Source of the DNA: Minutocellus sp. GHC0000111
Taxonomy: Eukaryota
Length of the DNA stretch: 64,000 nucleotides
Assembly (NCBI GenBank): GCA_977018835.1
Contig: OZ361260.1
Span: 248,001-312,000, forward strand
Reading direction: 5' to 3'
The stretch's first letter is position 1, and each line of letters begins with the position of its first letter. This document shows, piece by piece, positions 24,385 through 36,608 of this stretch. Under the pieces are notes generated by a model that did no database searches, was not told the origin of the DNA, and was given only the letters and a program-made list of their open reading frames with translations. A program made the position numbers and the translations under genes.

Positions 24385-26823
24385 ATGAGCCGCCGGATAA
24401 GCGCCGCGATGCCGCTTGTCGGCCTCCTGCTTGCGGTCCTCTCGGCCGAGAGGGCCGCCGCCTTCTACCTTCCGGGAGTCAACCCGCAATCCTTCTGGGA
24501 GGGTCATCCGTAAGTTGCATTCCTTTCCTCTGTTCGATGAGCGGAACCGACCGCCGCCCCCCTTCCCGCATTTTCATGAGCATTTGGTTTCTCCACGAAT
24601 GGCGCACCTGCAATGACCTTGGTTGCCTGGCTGTCTGGGCTATCACGAAGGCTATTGTTGTATCTGTGTGCTGTGGGAGGGTCACCTGAACGCTATTTGG
24701 GGACATGATCTGGCTCCGGTGGCCTCGTTGCACAAATTGTGCCGCGTATTGTTTTTGGATGACGAGGCCGGAAGGCGGAAGGGGTGTGCGTCCGCGCCTC
24801 TCCTGCTCCATGGCCGTGTTTGCCCGAATTCATTTGCTGACTACTTCATAACTGCTCCTTGTTCTTCATATTCCACCTCCATATACAGCGTCAAGATGAA
24901 GGTGAACAAAATGACGTCCCAAAAGACTTTGCTTCCCGTGGATTACTACCGCCTCCCGTTCTGCCAGCCGGAGGGCGGGCCGAAGATGGACAATGAGAAT
25001 CTCGGAGAGTTCCTCGTCGGAGATCGCATCGAGAGTTCCCCGTACCGCCTTCGGATGAAGCAGGACATGTACTGCGAGCAGGTGTGCATCACCAACCTCG
25101 GCCGGGGAGAGCAGAAGGGTGTGAGTCCCAACAAGGTCGTGCGGGCCATTCGCAAGAACTATCACAACAATTGGATCGTCGACAACCTGTCGGCTGCCTC
25201 CAAGGTGGAGGATGATACCACCATCACCACCCGCTACTGGCAGGGCTTCCCCGTCGGTTTCGTTGCCTCCGATACCCAGAAGGCGTACGTGCACAACCAC
25301 GTCAACCGGAGATCATGTACCATCCCGTCGAGACCGAGACCGACAAGTACCGTGTCGTCCGGTTCACCGTCGAGCCCTTCTCCATCAAGCATGAGTTCGA
25401 GCCCTCCGAGGATGACGATGATTCCGTCGAGGGAGACGAGGACGGCGATGGTTCCGAGGCCGTCGAGAAGCCCTTCAAGGTTGCCGACATCATCAACCCC
25501 ATCCCCTCCTGTAACGGCAGGAACTCCGTCCACACCAACTACGACATGGTCTACGCCCGCGGCCTTGAGCCTCAGCTTGCCAGCGGCAAGGTCCTCTTCA
25601 CCTACGACGTCATCTGGACCGAGAACATGGACCTCCACTGGGCCTCCCGCTGGGACATCTACCTCTCCATGGATGATGCCATCCCCGCCAAAGTCCACTG
25701 GCTCAGCATTGCCAACAGTCTCGTCATTGTCTTCGTCCTGTCCGCCATGATTGCCGCCATCCTCGTTCGCAACCTCCGTCGCGATTACGCCCGCTACAAC
25801 AAGCTCGCCACCGACGAGGAAAAGGCCGAGGACCTCGAGGAGTTCGGCTGGAAGCTCGTCCACGCCGACGTCTTCCGCCCTCCCAGCTTCTCCCCCATGC
25901 TCCTTGCCGTCTGCTGCGGTACCGGCGCCCAGCTTCTGTGCATGGCCGTCTTCACCATCCTCTTCGCCGCCATGGGCTTCCTCAGCCCCGCCAATCGTGG
26001 TGCTCTGCTCATGGCCCAGCTCCTCCTTTACGTCCTTCTTGGCAGTGTCGCTGGTTACACCACGGCTCGCCTGTACAAGACCTTCAAGGGCAAGAGCTGG
26101 CAGAAGGCCACCACCCTCACCTCTCTGAGCTTCCCCGGCGTTGCGTTCTTCATCTTCTTCATCATGAACATCATCGCTCTGTCCCAGGGATCCAGTGGCG
26201 CCGTCCCCTTCACCACCATGCTCGTCCTTCTCATCCTCTGGTTCGGTATTTCGACCCCCCTGGTCTTCTTCGGTGCCTACTTCGGATACAAGCAGGAGGC
26301 CATGGAGTTCCCCGTCAACACCTCCAACATTCCCCGACAGATCCCCGACCAGCCCTGGTTTATGGGCATCCCCTTCACTCTCTTGGTCGGCGGTATCCTC
26401 CCCTTCGGCGCCTGCTTCGTCGAGCTGTACTTCATCCTCAGTTCCGTGTGGATGGACCAGTACTACTACGTCTTCGGCTTCCTCCTCTTGGTCTTCATCA
26501 TCCTTGTCATTACCTGCGCCGAGATTACCGTCCTCTTCTGCTACTTCCAGCTTTGCGGCGAGAACTACCACTGGTGGTGGCGCTCCTTCTGCACTGCCGG
26601 ATCCACCGCCCTGTACGTCTTCTTCTACTCCTTCGTCTACTTCAAGCAGCTCGAGGCCAGTAAAACCGCTGCTACGTACGTGCTGTACTTTGGCTACATG
26701 GGCCTCGCCTCGTTGGCTCTGTTCCTCATGACGGGTTACATCGGCGTTGCCAGTTCCCTTTGGTTCAATAAGACCATCTTTGCTTCCATCAAGATTGATT
26801 ATGTTGAGGAACGACATGTATGA
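24385..26823 (+). CDS. Transmembrane 9 superfamily (EMP70/TM9SF) protein; intron 24510-24888; frameshift near 25307
   Basis: AFYLPGV, ENLGE, WASRWD, HWLSIANS, GWKLVHADVFRPP and PRQIP motifs. HNHVN-EIMYH needs one extra base. The C-terminal SIKID is followed by TAT rather than a stop. Confidence 0.92.
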
Positions 26824-27305
26824 TAAAAAGAAAGACTTGGGACAATGATCCAATGGGAAGTCAGGAGATCAATGATATTTGATTTTTGCGATACCGAACA
26901 AAGTACATTCGTCTTGCTGTTTGATGAGCTTTGGCCTATGGCTTGATATTGACAGAGACAGGAGTTTAAGCTGTGCTTTCGCAAAATCACCAAGTCGGAG
27001 AGTAAAATATTATACTTAGGAATGAATTTTGTTTGAATTGGACCGGCTGCATATCTGGGTAGTTCCGAACATGCATGTTAGCAGTATTTGATAACTGATC
27101 ACTTTACTAGCAGCAGTTCTTTTGAGTCCATTATTTGCCCTATATCTTTTAAAGAGGATATATTACAATTGTATATGGCTATTACATTAGCTATTGAATG
27201 ATCATTGACTTCTCTCTTCATCGGATGGTATCCAGCTCGAGATCTGAATTAGCTCCTTGCGTTGCTTTGTATGGTTTTGACAAACATTGCTGTATCAAGT
27301 GGATG

Positions 27306-27757
27306 CTACTGCGGCTTCGCTTTCAGTCCTCCTTCCTCCCCGACATTGAACTTTGGCACATGCTTCTCTCCAGCGCCCAAGCGCTGATGATCGGGAGAGT
27401 GGCCCTTGCCCATCAGGGCATCCTTGGCATCGACCGGGCTTTTGTCAAGAGCCGCATCGAGAAGCAGGTCGCCGTGGCCCTGCATCTCAGCGTGCAGGGC
27501 AAGCTTGTGCGAATGCTCCGCCTCTTTCAGCAGTGGATCGCCGTGAGCGACGGTAACATGAGGTGCATCCACGCTGGGCCGTTCCTCGGCCTTCATGCCA
27601 GTGGCTGCAAGTAGAGGATCTGACAGTTTGATGGGAGAAAAGATAAGCGTCGAAAAGATGTGCTTGGGTGTGGTGAGAAATGAGGCCAGTTCTCTCGCCT
27701 ACTTTCGAAGTTCTGATAATTGCAACGACGACGGCACTTACCTCCGTGACTAGTCAT
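27306..27757 (-). CDS. Small His-rich protein with three HGD(P/L)LL repeats; intron 27620-27741
   Basis: ATG ACT AGT CAC GGA G|gtaagt...cag|AT CCT splices into the 96-aa ORF. Repeats are SHGDPLL, AHGDPLL and GHGDLLL. Confidence 0.7.
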
Positions 27758-28229
27758 GGTTTCTTCGAAATACTCTGTTCAGTGGTATTAGCGTTGTTGT
27801 TGCGGTTGTTTGATGTCAGTTTGCTTTTCTAATGGCAAGATACTCTCGTCGAAATTCGATGACACCTGCTCACTTCTCCCGACGAGAAGCCCGCCAGAAG
27901 CAGATTTGGCGGGTTGCGCGCTGGCCGGCCCATGTTCGAGTGTGACGAATGGTCGAAAGCAGGTGCGGCCGGCTTGCTTCCTCTTGTTCGGCACAATGAC
28001 GGAAACTGCATATCGTCCTTGGTGCCGCTTTACCACTCGACGACCGCGCCTTGCCCAACACCTGCAGATTGTTGGACTTGCTACAGCTGCCTTGGGATTA
28101 CATACAGCTGTACTGGTCTCAACCTTTTCATTTGTTCACATCAAAACGTTGTGTCCCTCTGAGCCGAACACAGCACAAAACCCAATAATAATAACCATTT
28201 ATTTGTGAGGGGTATTTTTACGAAACAAG

Positions 28230-29100
28230 ATGGCAAGCCGAGCAACATCAGCGGGGGCCAAGCCACCTCTCTATAAAATTGTCATGCTGGGAGATTCCGG
28301 CGTTGGTAAAACGTCGCTGGTGGCTCGCTTGACCAACCCGGACCGGCCCATGAATCACGACATCTCGGCCACGATGGGCATCGAATTCGACACGCAAATG
28401 CTGGACACCGACCACGGCAAGGTCAAGGCCCAGATCTGGGATACCGCCGGCCAGGAGCGCTTCGCCCGCGTCCTCCTTCCGACCTACTTCCGCAAGGCCA
28501 AGGGCGTCATCCTGGTCTACGACATCACCAACGCCAAGTCCTTCGAAAGCCTGAGCGAGCGGTGGATGGCCCAGCTCAACGACCACGCCTCCTCCGACGA
28601 CCTGGCCAAGCTCCTCGTCGGCAACAAGTCCGACCTCGAGGCCAGCCGGGAGGTACCCCGGGAGAAGGCCGAGCAGTTCTGCATCGAGCACGGCATGGAG
28701 ATGCTGGAGACGTCCGCCAAGTCCGGCGACAGCGTCCTCAAGGCCTTCGAGAAGCTCATCGGCATCGTCCACGAGCGGGCCCTTGCGCAGCAAAAGTCGC
28801 GCGGGGGCATCAAGGGGCTGAACCAGCCCTGTTCCGTTTTCTAGGCTTGAGTACTGGCTTAATTCAGGAAAAGATGGAGACACCCGAACGTCAGCAGAAT
28901 TATGATGCCGATATTACATATGTGACAAATACCGAACTTGGATTTGATTATCTTCGAGATAACATGGCATTGAATATTCGGGAAGTAGTATTACGTCCCT
29001 TCAATTACTGTAGGGCGGCCAGGCTGGCGGCTTTAAGCTCGGTGGCGGCAACGATGCGCCCGCCCCGTCTAGCTCGACTGCCGATGCTTGCGGATGTTAG
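28230..29100 (+). pseudogene. Rab small GTPase interrupted near its C-terminus by plastid DNA
   Basis: [22 protein letters not shown] and ETSAK motifs. The true tail [10 protein letters not shown]...ADACGC* (CXC prenylation motif) resumes at 29014. Confidence 0.9.
28827..29013 (+). other. secA: Nuclear insertion of a plastid-type secA fragment (NUPT), 187 bp
   Basis: AT-rich segment translating [14 protein letters not shown]...[24 protein letters not shown]...VLRPFNYC, which is the SecA NBD1 region just before the DEVD motif. Confidence 0.9.
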
Positions 29101-29528
29101 AGGTTGAGAGAGCAGGCTTGCGAGGACGGATGTGGACGGGATGTGATGGACACTGTTGAACATGTTAGTCCGGGGGAAATCACGCTACGGAACGAGGCGC
29201 TCCTTTCACCTCTATTGCTTCGCTAGACATGGAATCATGGAGTTGATTGGTCATAGACTCTCAGTCATGGCTTGCTTTGGCAAGAAGCTAACTCTACTCA
29301 TTCATTTCAATAGTTTGATACTCGAAGAGAGCGAATGTGACGTTCTCGTGACCTTGCACTTTTGGTGTATATATAGCAAAGACCCTATACAGTTTAATAT
29401 GCACTTTACATACATATATCGTGATTGATGCACGACTTCTTACTAAGCATGGAGGTAGCTGCATATCATACATGATCGTATTACAAACATAAATGCAATT
29501 CTTTTACATGTAGCTTTCTTAGTAACAA

Positions 29529-30575
29529 TTATTGAAAAGATTTCACCGATACGACGCGGGATACAGAAGTGGGCGACAAAACAGGTCTTGCAACTATGTG
29601 TCTCTTCGGGCTATGGCAGACGAGATCGGATGATAAGAGAGACAAAGCAGTGCCAAGGGCACTATCCCTCTCAATCTTCCTGAGGGAGCACATTGCCTCG
29701 TCTACTTCTGGTGCGAATGGATCAGTCTCGCTGACGGCAGAGAGCGTCGAAAGACTCCCCACCCATTCTTGCGGTGTATAATAGGCGACGTCTTCCATTG
29801 CATTGCGAATGGAAGCAAGTGCTAAGACGGAATAAGGTACAGATACGAGGGATTGGTCTGCTACGGAGAGCTCGGCTTGAGTTCTTGATATGGCTTCGAT
29901 GGTCAACCTTGCGGCCGTTTCGACGTCGCTTCTACCATTCGGCAGAATATCGAATGCCAAGAAGTGCTGGACGAATTCAGAAGTAGTAGGGCCAGTGAGG
30001 CGCCAGTTGAGTGCCTCTAGGATTCTAAGTTCCTCTTTTTCGATATCTTGCTCATTATATCGTCCTTGTGAGAGCTTTGACAATATGGTGGGAGATAAGA
30101 CCTCCGGTTCACTGAGCTTTACGGCGATGTACAGACAAGTGATGACGAGAAGCTGATATCTGTTTCGATCTTGTAGGATGGTCTTGATGTACTCTTGGTT
30201 TTCTTTTGAGGATAAGAGCCGATCGGCGTACGAAAAGGCGATCGGGACGACACTTCGACGAAGTCTAAGAGTGGTGACGCAAATGTAAAGCCAATCGATC
30301 ATTTTGGTTCTACAACTGGCATCGACTGGTTCGGATACGTTTGTCTCGAAATCTCGAAGATAATCCTTGATTGCATATGCTGCTGACTTCTCTTGGGAAA
30401 TGAGGCCCTCGATGCGATCGGAGATGATCTCTCGGCCTCTACTTTGCCACATCGCCGTGATCGTCGTCGATGATTGTAGACAGCAGCTTTTCTGTCTGTT
30501 GCTAGGGCGCGTAGGCGCTTTGCTCACTCTGGTCATGTTTCTTCTTCGTGCGTTTTGCTTGTGATCGACGTGCAT
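29529..30575 (-). CDS. Cyclin (diatom-specific type)
   Basis: Cyclin box: CRTKMIDWLY...YADRLLS...YQLLVITCLYIAVKL...ELRILEALNWRL. Confidence 0.9.
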   Translation of the reverse strand: MHVDHKQNARRRNMTRVSKAPTRPSNRQKSCCLQSSTTITAMWQSRGREIISDRIEGLISQEKSAAYAIKDYLRDFETNVSEPVDASCRTKMIDWLYICVTTLRLRRSVVPIAFSYADRLLSSKENQEYIKTILQDRNRYQLLVITCLYIAVKLSEPEVLSPTILSKLSQGRYNEQDIEKEELRILEALNWRLTGPTTSEFVQHFLAFDILPNGRSDVETAARLTIEAISRTQAELSVADQSLVSVPYSVLALASIRNAMEDVAYYTPQEWVGSLSTLSAVSETDPFAPEVDEAMCSLRKIERDSALGTALSLLSSDLVCHSPKRHIVARPVLSPTSVSRVVSVKSFQ

Positions 30576-31318
30576 GCTATTGATTGTTTCTTTTGAGTTC
30601 TCTTCTGATGGGGGATGAATGAGCTGTCATGTTGGGCGGACCCGCACAATGCGAAGCTCCCCCAGCCACATCATCCATGCTCGGGCGTGGTTTTGGCTGA
30701 CGTGCGAACCAAAGAGGCTTCGATTTCCTTCGAAGCCTTTCGAGTGAGTGATGTCATCGGAGAAACAAATGCATCATCGGTCGATTGAGTCACTCAGTCG
30801 GCGAAATTCGCCCAGAGACTACCGGTACATACATGTACCGACCGGTACGTCACATATATATAACAATTTTCTACATAGTCATTTTATCATGGTGACATAA
30901 TCAGGCGATAAGAAGTGAAGAAAGTAGAACCAGCAAAGCCAACCGCAAATAATTACTCATAGCGCCGTTCAGGTCCATTTCTTCTAAAACCTCTAAACTG
31001 CTCGGAGTAACCGTATTCTCGACTCGAATGACGTGCCGAAAAACCGTCACCATTAGAGCATCCGCCACTCTCATACTGATTCTTAGCATCCTCAGCGACC
31101 CTAGCTGCCTCTACCCTCGAGCCTCGAACAAAATGCAATCGTGACCTCTTGTGCAGGGAGACCTCGGGCAATGGCACCGGCAAGCGCTCGACGATGCAGG
31201 TGTAGGGTGACAGAATAAGACCGGTAATCTAGACGCCATGGCTTGCTTACCGGTACATGTACTTGTACCGGTACAACAAAAGTAATAGGGGCTGCACTAC
31301 ATGTATTGTGAAATGTCT

Positions 31319-32398
31319 CTATGATTCAATGGTAATCCTCCCAACACATGTAGGAGACGATATGCCCCTCTTCTTGATAGTTGGTGGCAGCTTTGTCGCC
31401 ATCTTTTCGTTCTCCTCTGAACTCTGAACATTATTTTCCTGACATGGCAATTTCGAAGGAGACGATTTCTGAGATTTCCCAGAGCAATCCACCATTATTT
31501 CTCGCAGATGAATCTTTATAGACTCAACTTCTTCTGAATATGCGTCAACACCGACGAGGATATCACAAACCTCAAGATTAGCAGCCCAAACTTGAAGAGG
31601 ACAGTAGATGTATCCTACATCGTCGATTGCATTCCGAAGGGCCGCGAGAGCCACATTGGAATATTTGTAATCAAGAAAAGACTGCTCAGCAAGTGATGCT
31701 TCAACCTGCCCAAGAGCTCTCCTGGCAATCTCGTCAATCGCTGGCGGAGTATTGCCGTTGGCAGCAATTGTCGAATGCGCTGGGCTGATCATTGCAAAAA
31801 AGTAATTCACAAAGTGGAACGCATTTGGACCAAACAATCTCCAGTCCAGTGCACCCAGAATTCGTTGCTCTTCATTTTCAATGTCATGTACCGTATATCG
31901 GCCTCTTGATCGGATAAGAGTTCTAGTATATCTGGTGAGAGGACCTTCTGCTCATTGATCTTCACGGCTATGTAGAAAGATACTATTACCAAGAGTTGGT
32001 ATTTGCCTCTGTCTCGAAGTAGGGCGTTTGTTTCTTGCTTGTCACTTGTCGTATCGGAAAGTAGTCTATCAACGTAGCTAAATGTTATTGGAACGACGCT
32101 TCGAGATAGATGGCACACATCGCAAATCATCTGGACCCACTCTACCTTCTTTGCTCGACAAGTTTCGTTGACCGGCTCTCGAATGCCTTGGACACCATCC
32201 AGGTCTCGTAAATTATTCTTTGTGACAAATGGTTTGTTCCTTTCTTGCAAAAGGAGGATCTGCAATGCCGAAGGAGTATGACATGTGAGACGACGATAGT
32301 TATAGTAGGGATGTACAAAGACAATGTGTTGCTCCAATTTTCGCGGAGTTGGAATGGCCGCTCGCAACTCTCACCTTCACTCTGTCGACAAGCATCAT
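31319..32398 (-). pseudogene. Tandem cyclin paralogue, frameshifted
   Basis: Cyclin box is split across two frames by an apparent ~5-bp insertion near 31908-31914 (ELLS / RGRYTVHDIENEEQRILGALDWRL). A short first exon (MMLVDRVK) is probable. Confidence 0.8.
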
Positions 32399-32764
32399 GT
32401 CGCGCGACGACACCATCGAGCTTGCTTCACTTTCGAAGGTTGGCATGGTTCATTACAGTTTTGCAGTATCAGATTGTGTATGTTGTCTTCGTTTTTTTTT
32501 CATATTATGAGAGCGGGTGCCATGATGTTATCATGTTAATGGAATGGAGTATTGTCGGCGTTTTTCATTCACATCCCTTGACTTGCTTCATGTGGGAACC
32601 GAGCCAGGCATTCGATCGTGCCAGACTTCGCGCCGGGGGCGGAAAGCTCCCAATGATGACCTCCGGGGTCCTGCCTTGTGATTCGATCATATCATCATGA
32701 TGGCGAGGAGGTTGGAGAGATGGCCAGAGAGATCTCTAGCTAGCTCTAGTAGCTAGTCTAGCTA

Positions 32765-32941
32765 CAGTCTGTTCTCACTTATAAGCAATTGGTAATTGCT
32801 TAGGTGAGGGCTGAGATTCTGAGCATATTGCTTATTCTAAGAGCTAATTGGTACCTCATTCCCATGTTATTCCTTATTCCAAAATAAGCAATTTGAGACC
32901 TCGGGCCCGAGTCTCAATTGCTTATAGGTGAGAACGGACTG
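32765..32941. mobile_element. 177-bp MITE, Tc1/mariner-like
   Basis: TA|CAGTCTGTTCTCACTTATAAGCAATTG ... CAATTGCTTATAGGTGAGAACGGACTG|TA (27-bp TIR, 2 mismatches). Confidence 0.9.
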
Positions 32942-32989
32942 TAGATCTACGAGTTCGTATGCAAAGGCATCTCTAATGACATTAAGTTG

Positions 32990-34122
32990 CTAAGAAGAAG
33001 ATCGCTGTGACGCCGACGCAGTGTATCTCAAACCAATACCAGGAATTGCTTCTGTATACCACTGTGGCAGCTCCAAGTCGGCGGCTGTTGGTGCAGAATT
33101 GCGGTCACCTCGTTCGAGATCGACATCCTCCAAGTCGTCACCACTTGATCTAGACCTGGAAGCACCGACTGGCACAGGCCGCCTTATTCTCGAAGAAATA
33201 CCAGAGGTACTGTTTCGCGCAAAGGTAATGGTGGTCGATCCAGCAACGCCAGCATCTTCAACATCATCTTCCTTCTCTTCGTCATCATCGAATTCAAGAT
33301 CATACTTGAGATAGTCTTGCCGACATTGAGGACAATCTTCATGCCGCTGAAGCCACTCCGACATACAATCCTTGTGGAAAGAGTGCTTGCATCGCTTATT
33401 GCTGGACCAGCAAATTTCTTCCGCTGGTTCAAACGGACAGAGACATATGGAACACGAAGGCTCTTCTGATTCGAACCACACAGTGCTGTCTTCTCCCTCT
33501 CCACCGCCATTATCTGCAGATGCCACCTTCTGTTCTTTGGGTATTAAAATATCTCCCTTCTTTTCGGCATCGTCGGCAAACGATGGCACTACCTGACCTT
33601 CTGATGCCTGTATTACTTTCTGTTCTTGGAAAGGAGAAAAAAAAACGAGCACATAATGAGTGATGGGCGAAAGCAGTTACAGCACTGTTGGAGTCACTTG
33701 TAGCACACCATACCAGGGCAACTAAACTCTCTCACCTTGGAGCATAGTCTTTCTTCAACGTAGCGCTTTCGCTCTTCGGGGTCCATCCTGGTTTCGCCAC
33801 TGACGAAGCCTCCACCCTGCGCACGACCTCCACCACCAACTCCTCCCAAGCCCTCGGCAAATTCACCACGTCGTTTTAACCTGCAGCACATGACAATAAG
33901 AATAATTGGCAGGAAAATGCGGATAATGAACCCAATCGTTGCGTATGCACGCATGAGTGGGGTCATATCATCATCGTCATAGTAGCCCTGGTCTCCTTGG
34001 TCGTAGGTGGGGTTGGGGGTCGAAAAGTTCTCATCGTACGTTGGGACGAGCGTTAGCGTTGCAGCCATCGGTGACGGCGTCGGTTCAACCGAATAGGACG
34101 CAAATCCATTGCTGTCTTCCAT
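32990..34122 (-). CDS. Membrane-anchored RING-H2 E3 ubiquitin ligase; intron ~33620-33735
   Basis: TM helix in exon 1; CSICL...CKHSFHKDCMSEWL...CPQCR in exon 2. Confidence 0.88.
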
Positions 34123-34269
34123 GGCTATTTCCAATGAGTTCTGCGATAAATGAAAGCGCGCCTCCGTGGGACCTAGTGCAGGCAGTGATGGTCTTGGTTG
34201 CCGACGACTTCTGCGCGCAACGCAGGGTTTTTCCTCGCCGTAGCCGTACGGTGCCGTGCACAAAGTATA

Positions 34270-34369
34270 GGCGCGCCCCATTATTAAGAGTCCTCCCGCC
34301 GTACGTCCATAGACAGATCTTTAACTTTACCTTGAAACTTGGACTCTTATGAGGGGACCTCCTCTCTTT
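34270..34369 (+). promoter_or_regulatory. ~100-bp dispersed conserved element, copy 1, between divergent genes
   Basis: About 91% identical (9 mismatches in 100 nt by hand alignment) to the reverse complement of 62767-62866. The regulatory role is inferred from position only. Confidence 0.5.
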
Positions 34370-34596
34370 TAACACGGCCCCCGTACGGCTACGCCACGCA
34401 AAAAACTGCGATGCGAGCAGAGACTGTCTGGGCAGGATCGAAGGATTGAGGCGTTTTGCTTCTTTCTTCGATTCTGCGCTGTTCGTTGCGCGCGCGCTCG
34501 TGGAAAGAAACCCGGACATTGCTCGAATTGAAGAGTGAAACAACTTGCACTTCGGTAATACTCGTAGAAGCCAGTGCATGCTGCCACTAAACTCAA

Positions 34597-36608
34597 ATGG
34601 ATACCAAACAAACAATACGGAAAAGGCGGAGACCAGCGTCGGCAACGTTAGGTAGCGCGTCGGCACCGGCAGCAGACAGCCCCAATGGTATCGGCACTGC
34701 AGCATGCGATCGTTTTGGCCAATCAGGCCAAGCACCACCGCCTCATCACAACGCTAATACTAGTACGGACAACACCACCACAAAACGACAATATTCACCG
34801 TTCGACTATGCCATTGTATCCATCACACTCACAGTAGCTCTGGCTACGATATCATTTCTTATTTATGGGTTCGTCCTACGAGCATCATTCCACCACGGGC
34901 GGGAATGTGACATGACGTACAGCCGATACAAATTCTTGGCACTTGAGGTGGCCAACTACACTGCGGGTGCTCGTCCATACCGGCTGTTGAAATTCGTTGA
35001 TGCCAGAGACCCACGGAATACTCATCTGTGGAAAGATGACGATAATTTTGGCGTGAAACAGACCGACCCGCATGGTGATGGCACAAAGGTCCATAGACTG
35101 TCTGATAATTGGTGTCTATTGCCCCAATCCAATTACACATCCGACAATGGAATATCAGCGACGGCACCTCATCCCAATCCTGGCCATCCAGTTCTATTCA
35201 TTCCCGGACATTGGGGCGAGTACAAGCAAGCACGGTCACTCGGTGCCCACGGGACGACATTCACACGCAGATCGCACTCCTACAAATATCAGAACGATGT
35301 CGTTCGAAATCTTAAGGACGGAACTCTTAACGGAAGAGTGGGAGATGACGGCGACATTGATCGCTTCATTTACGACGTTTACACCGCCGACTTTGACGGT
35401 GAAGGCGCAGGTTTGCATGGAAGTAGAATGGTTCGACAGGCTTACTTCGTGGCGCAATCAATTCTGACCATTGCGAGGGCATGCAATGCCGATCAGATTA
35501 CCGTTGTGGGCCATTCCATCGGTGGCATTGTCGCCAAGGCCGTTCCAATGCTTTCCCCTGAAGCAGGTCAGTATATCAAAACAATCATTACTCTTGCCAG
35601 TCCTCATATTGGCTTTCCATATACGTTTGATTCCTCTGTTGAGATATTCTACAATTATATTGATGACGGCACCTTGAGGAGCATTGAAGAGGGCAAAGAG
35701 TTTCCAATCATAGTCTCAATCTCAGGGGGGCTCCGAGACGAGCTGATACCTCCATCGACTTGTGTTGTAGACCCTTCTCGAGGACTTTCAATGCTGGCCA
35801 CAGATGTGATGCCGAAGAGTATAGCGGAGGGGGTCATCGCAGATGTATCTCTTGGGTGTGACCACAAGGCTATATCGTGGTGTCATAATGTACTGAGCGT
35901 GGTTCGAACAATTATATTCGCAGCTATCGAGGTTGATTCTTTCCCTGAAGCGGCCAAAACTCGCATTGCTCATTTGCGCAAACGTACCAAACTTGAGATT
36001 GAAGATTATGCAGATGCCTTGGAAGCCGAAGAGCGGTCTATTTCAGACACTTATGGCTTTGGGAAGGCAGCCGCTCTACAAACGACAATGCCATACAGGG
36101 CCTGGGAATGCGTGCTTCTGTATTTCATTGTTGCCACAATTCAAACTCTCCACTCAATTATTTCGGACAAAATCGACTTCCTACGTACTTGCAGATATCT
36201 TGTTCTTCTGCCGGTACCTCTGTCATTTATTTTTGTTCGATTAGTTTCTTTCCCGTGGTCAACGTTCGGAACAACGACAGTTTTATCGACAGGATCATGT
36301 TTGTTGTACGCCTTTATTTTGCATGGCATATTGCCTCTTTTGTCCGGCCTGTATATATACTTTCGTGGAGGAAAGCAGAAGATTAGACAGGCCAAAAATA
36401 TGTCATCGAAGGAACCACGGTGGGCAAATCATATCTTTACCACTTTCATCACATCATTGACAACCGCAGCTTCATGCATGTATCTTTATCACGTCGCAAA
36501 GGGGCACCAAACGGTGTTGAATGGACTTGCCTCAAGAGCAGTATTGTCTTGGGCAATAATTTTTAACATATTTTCTAGTTTGGTCCGGTCCTCTGTCGTC
36601 GGCAAGAT
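34597..36608 (+). pseudogene. PGAP1: GPI inositol-deacylase (PGAP1/Bst1), apparently 3'-truncated at a telomeric junction
   Basis: CDMTYS, PVLFIPGHWGEYKQARS, GHSIGG, LASPH, SISGGLRDELIP and DHKAISWC motifs. The TM region runs into TTAGGG repeats. Confidence 0.85.

Noticed and set aside
25234..26853. 539-aa minus-strand ORF and similar long shadow ORFs over GC3-rich genes
   Set aside because: Antisense shadows of TM9SF, Rab, PMM and others, caused by codon bias.
28827..29013. secA insert as a spliceosomal intron
   Set aside because: No GT-AG or GC-AG boundary choice restores the Rab frame to the CGC* tail.
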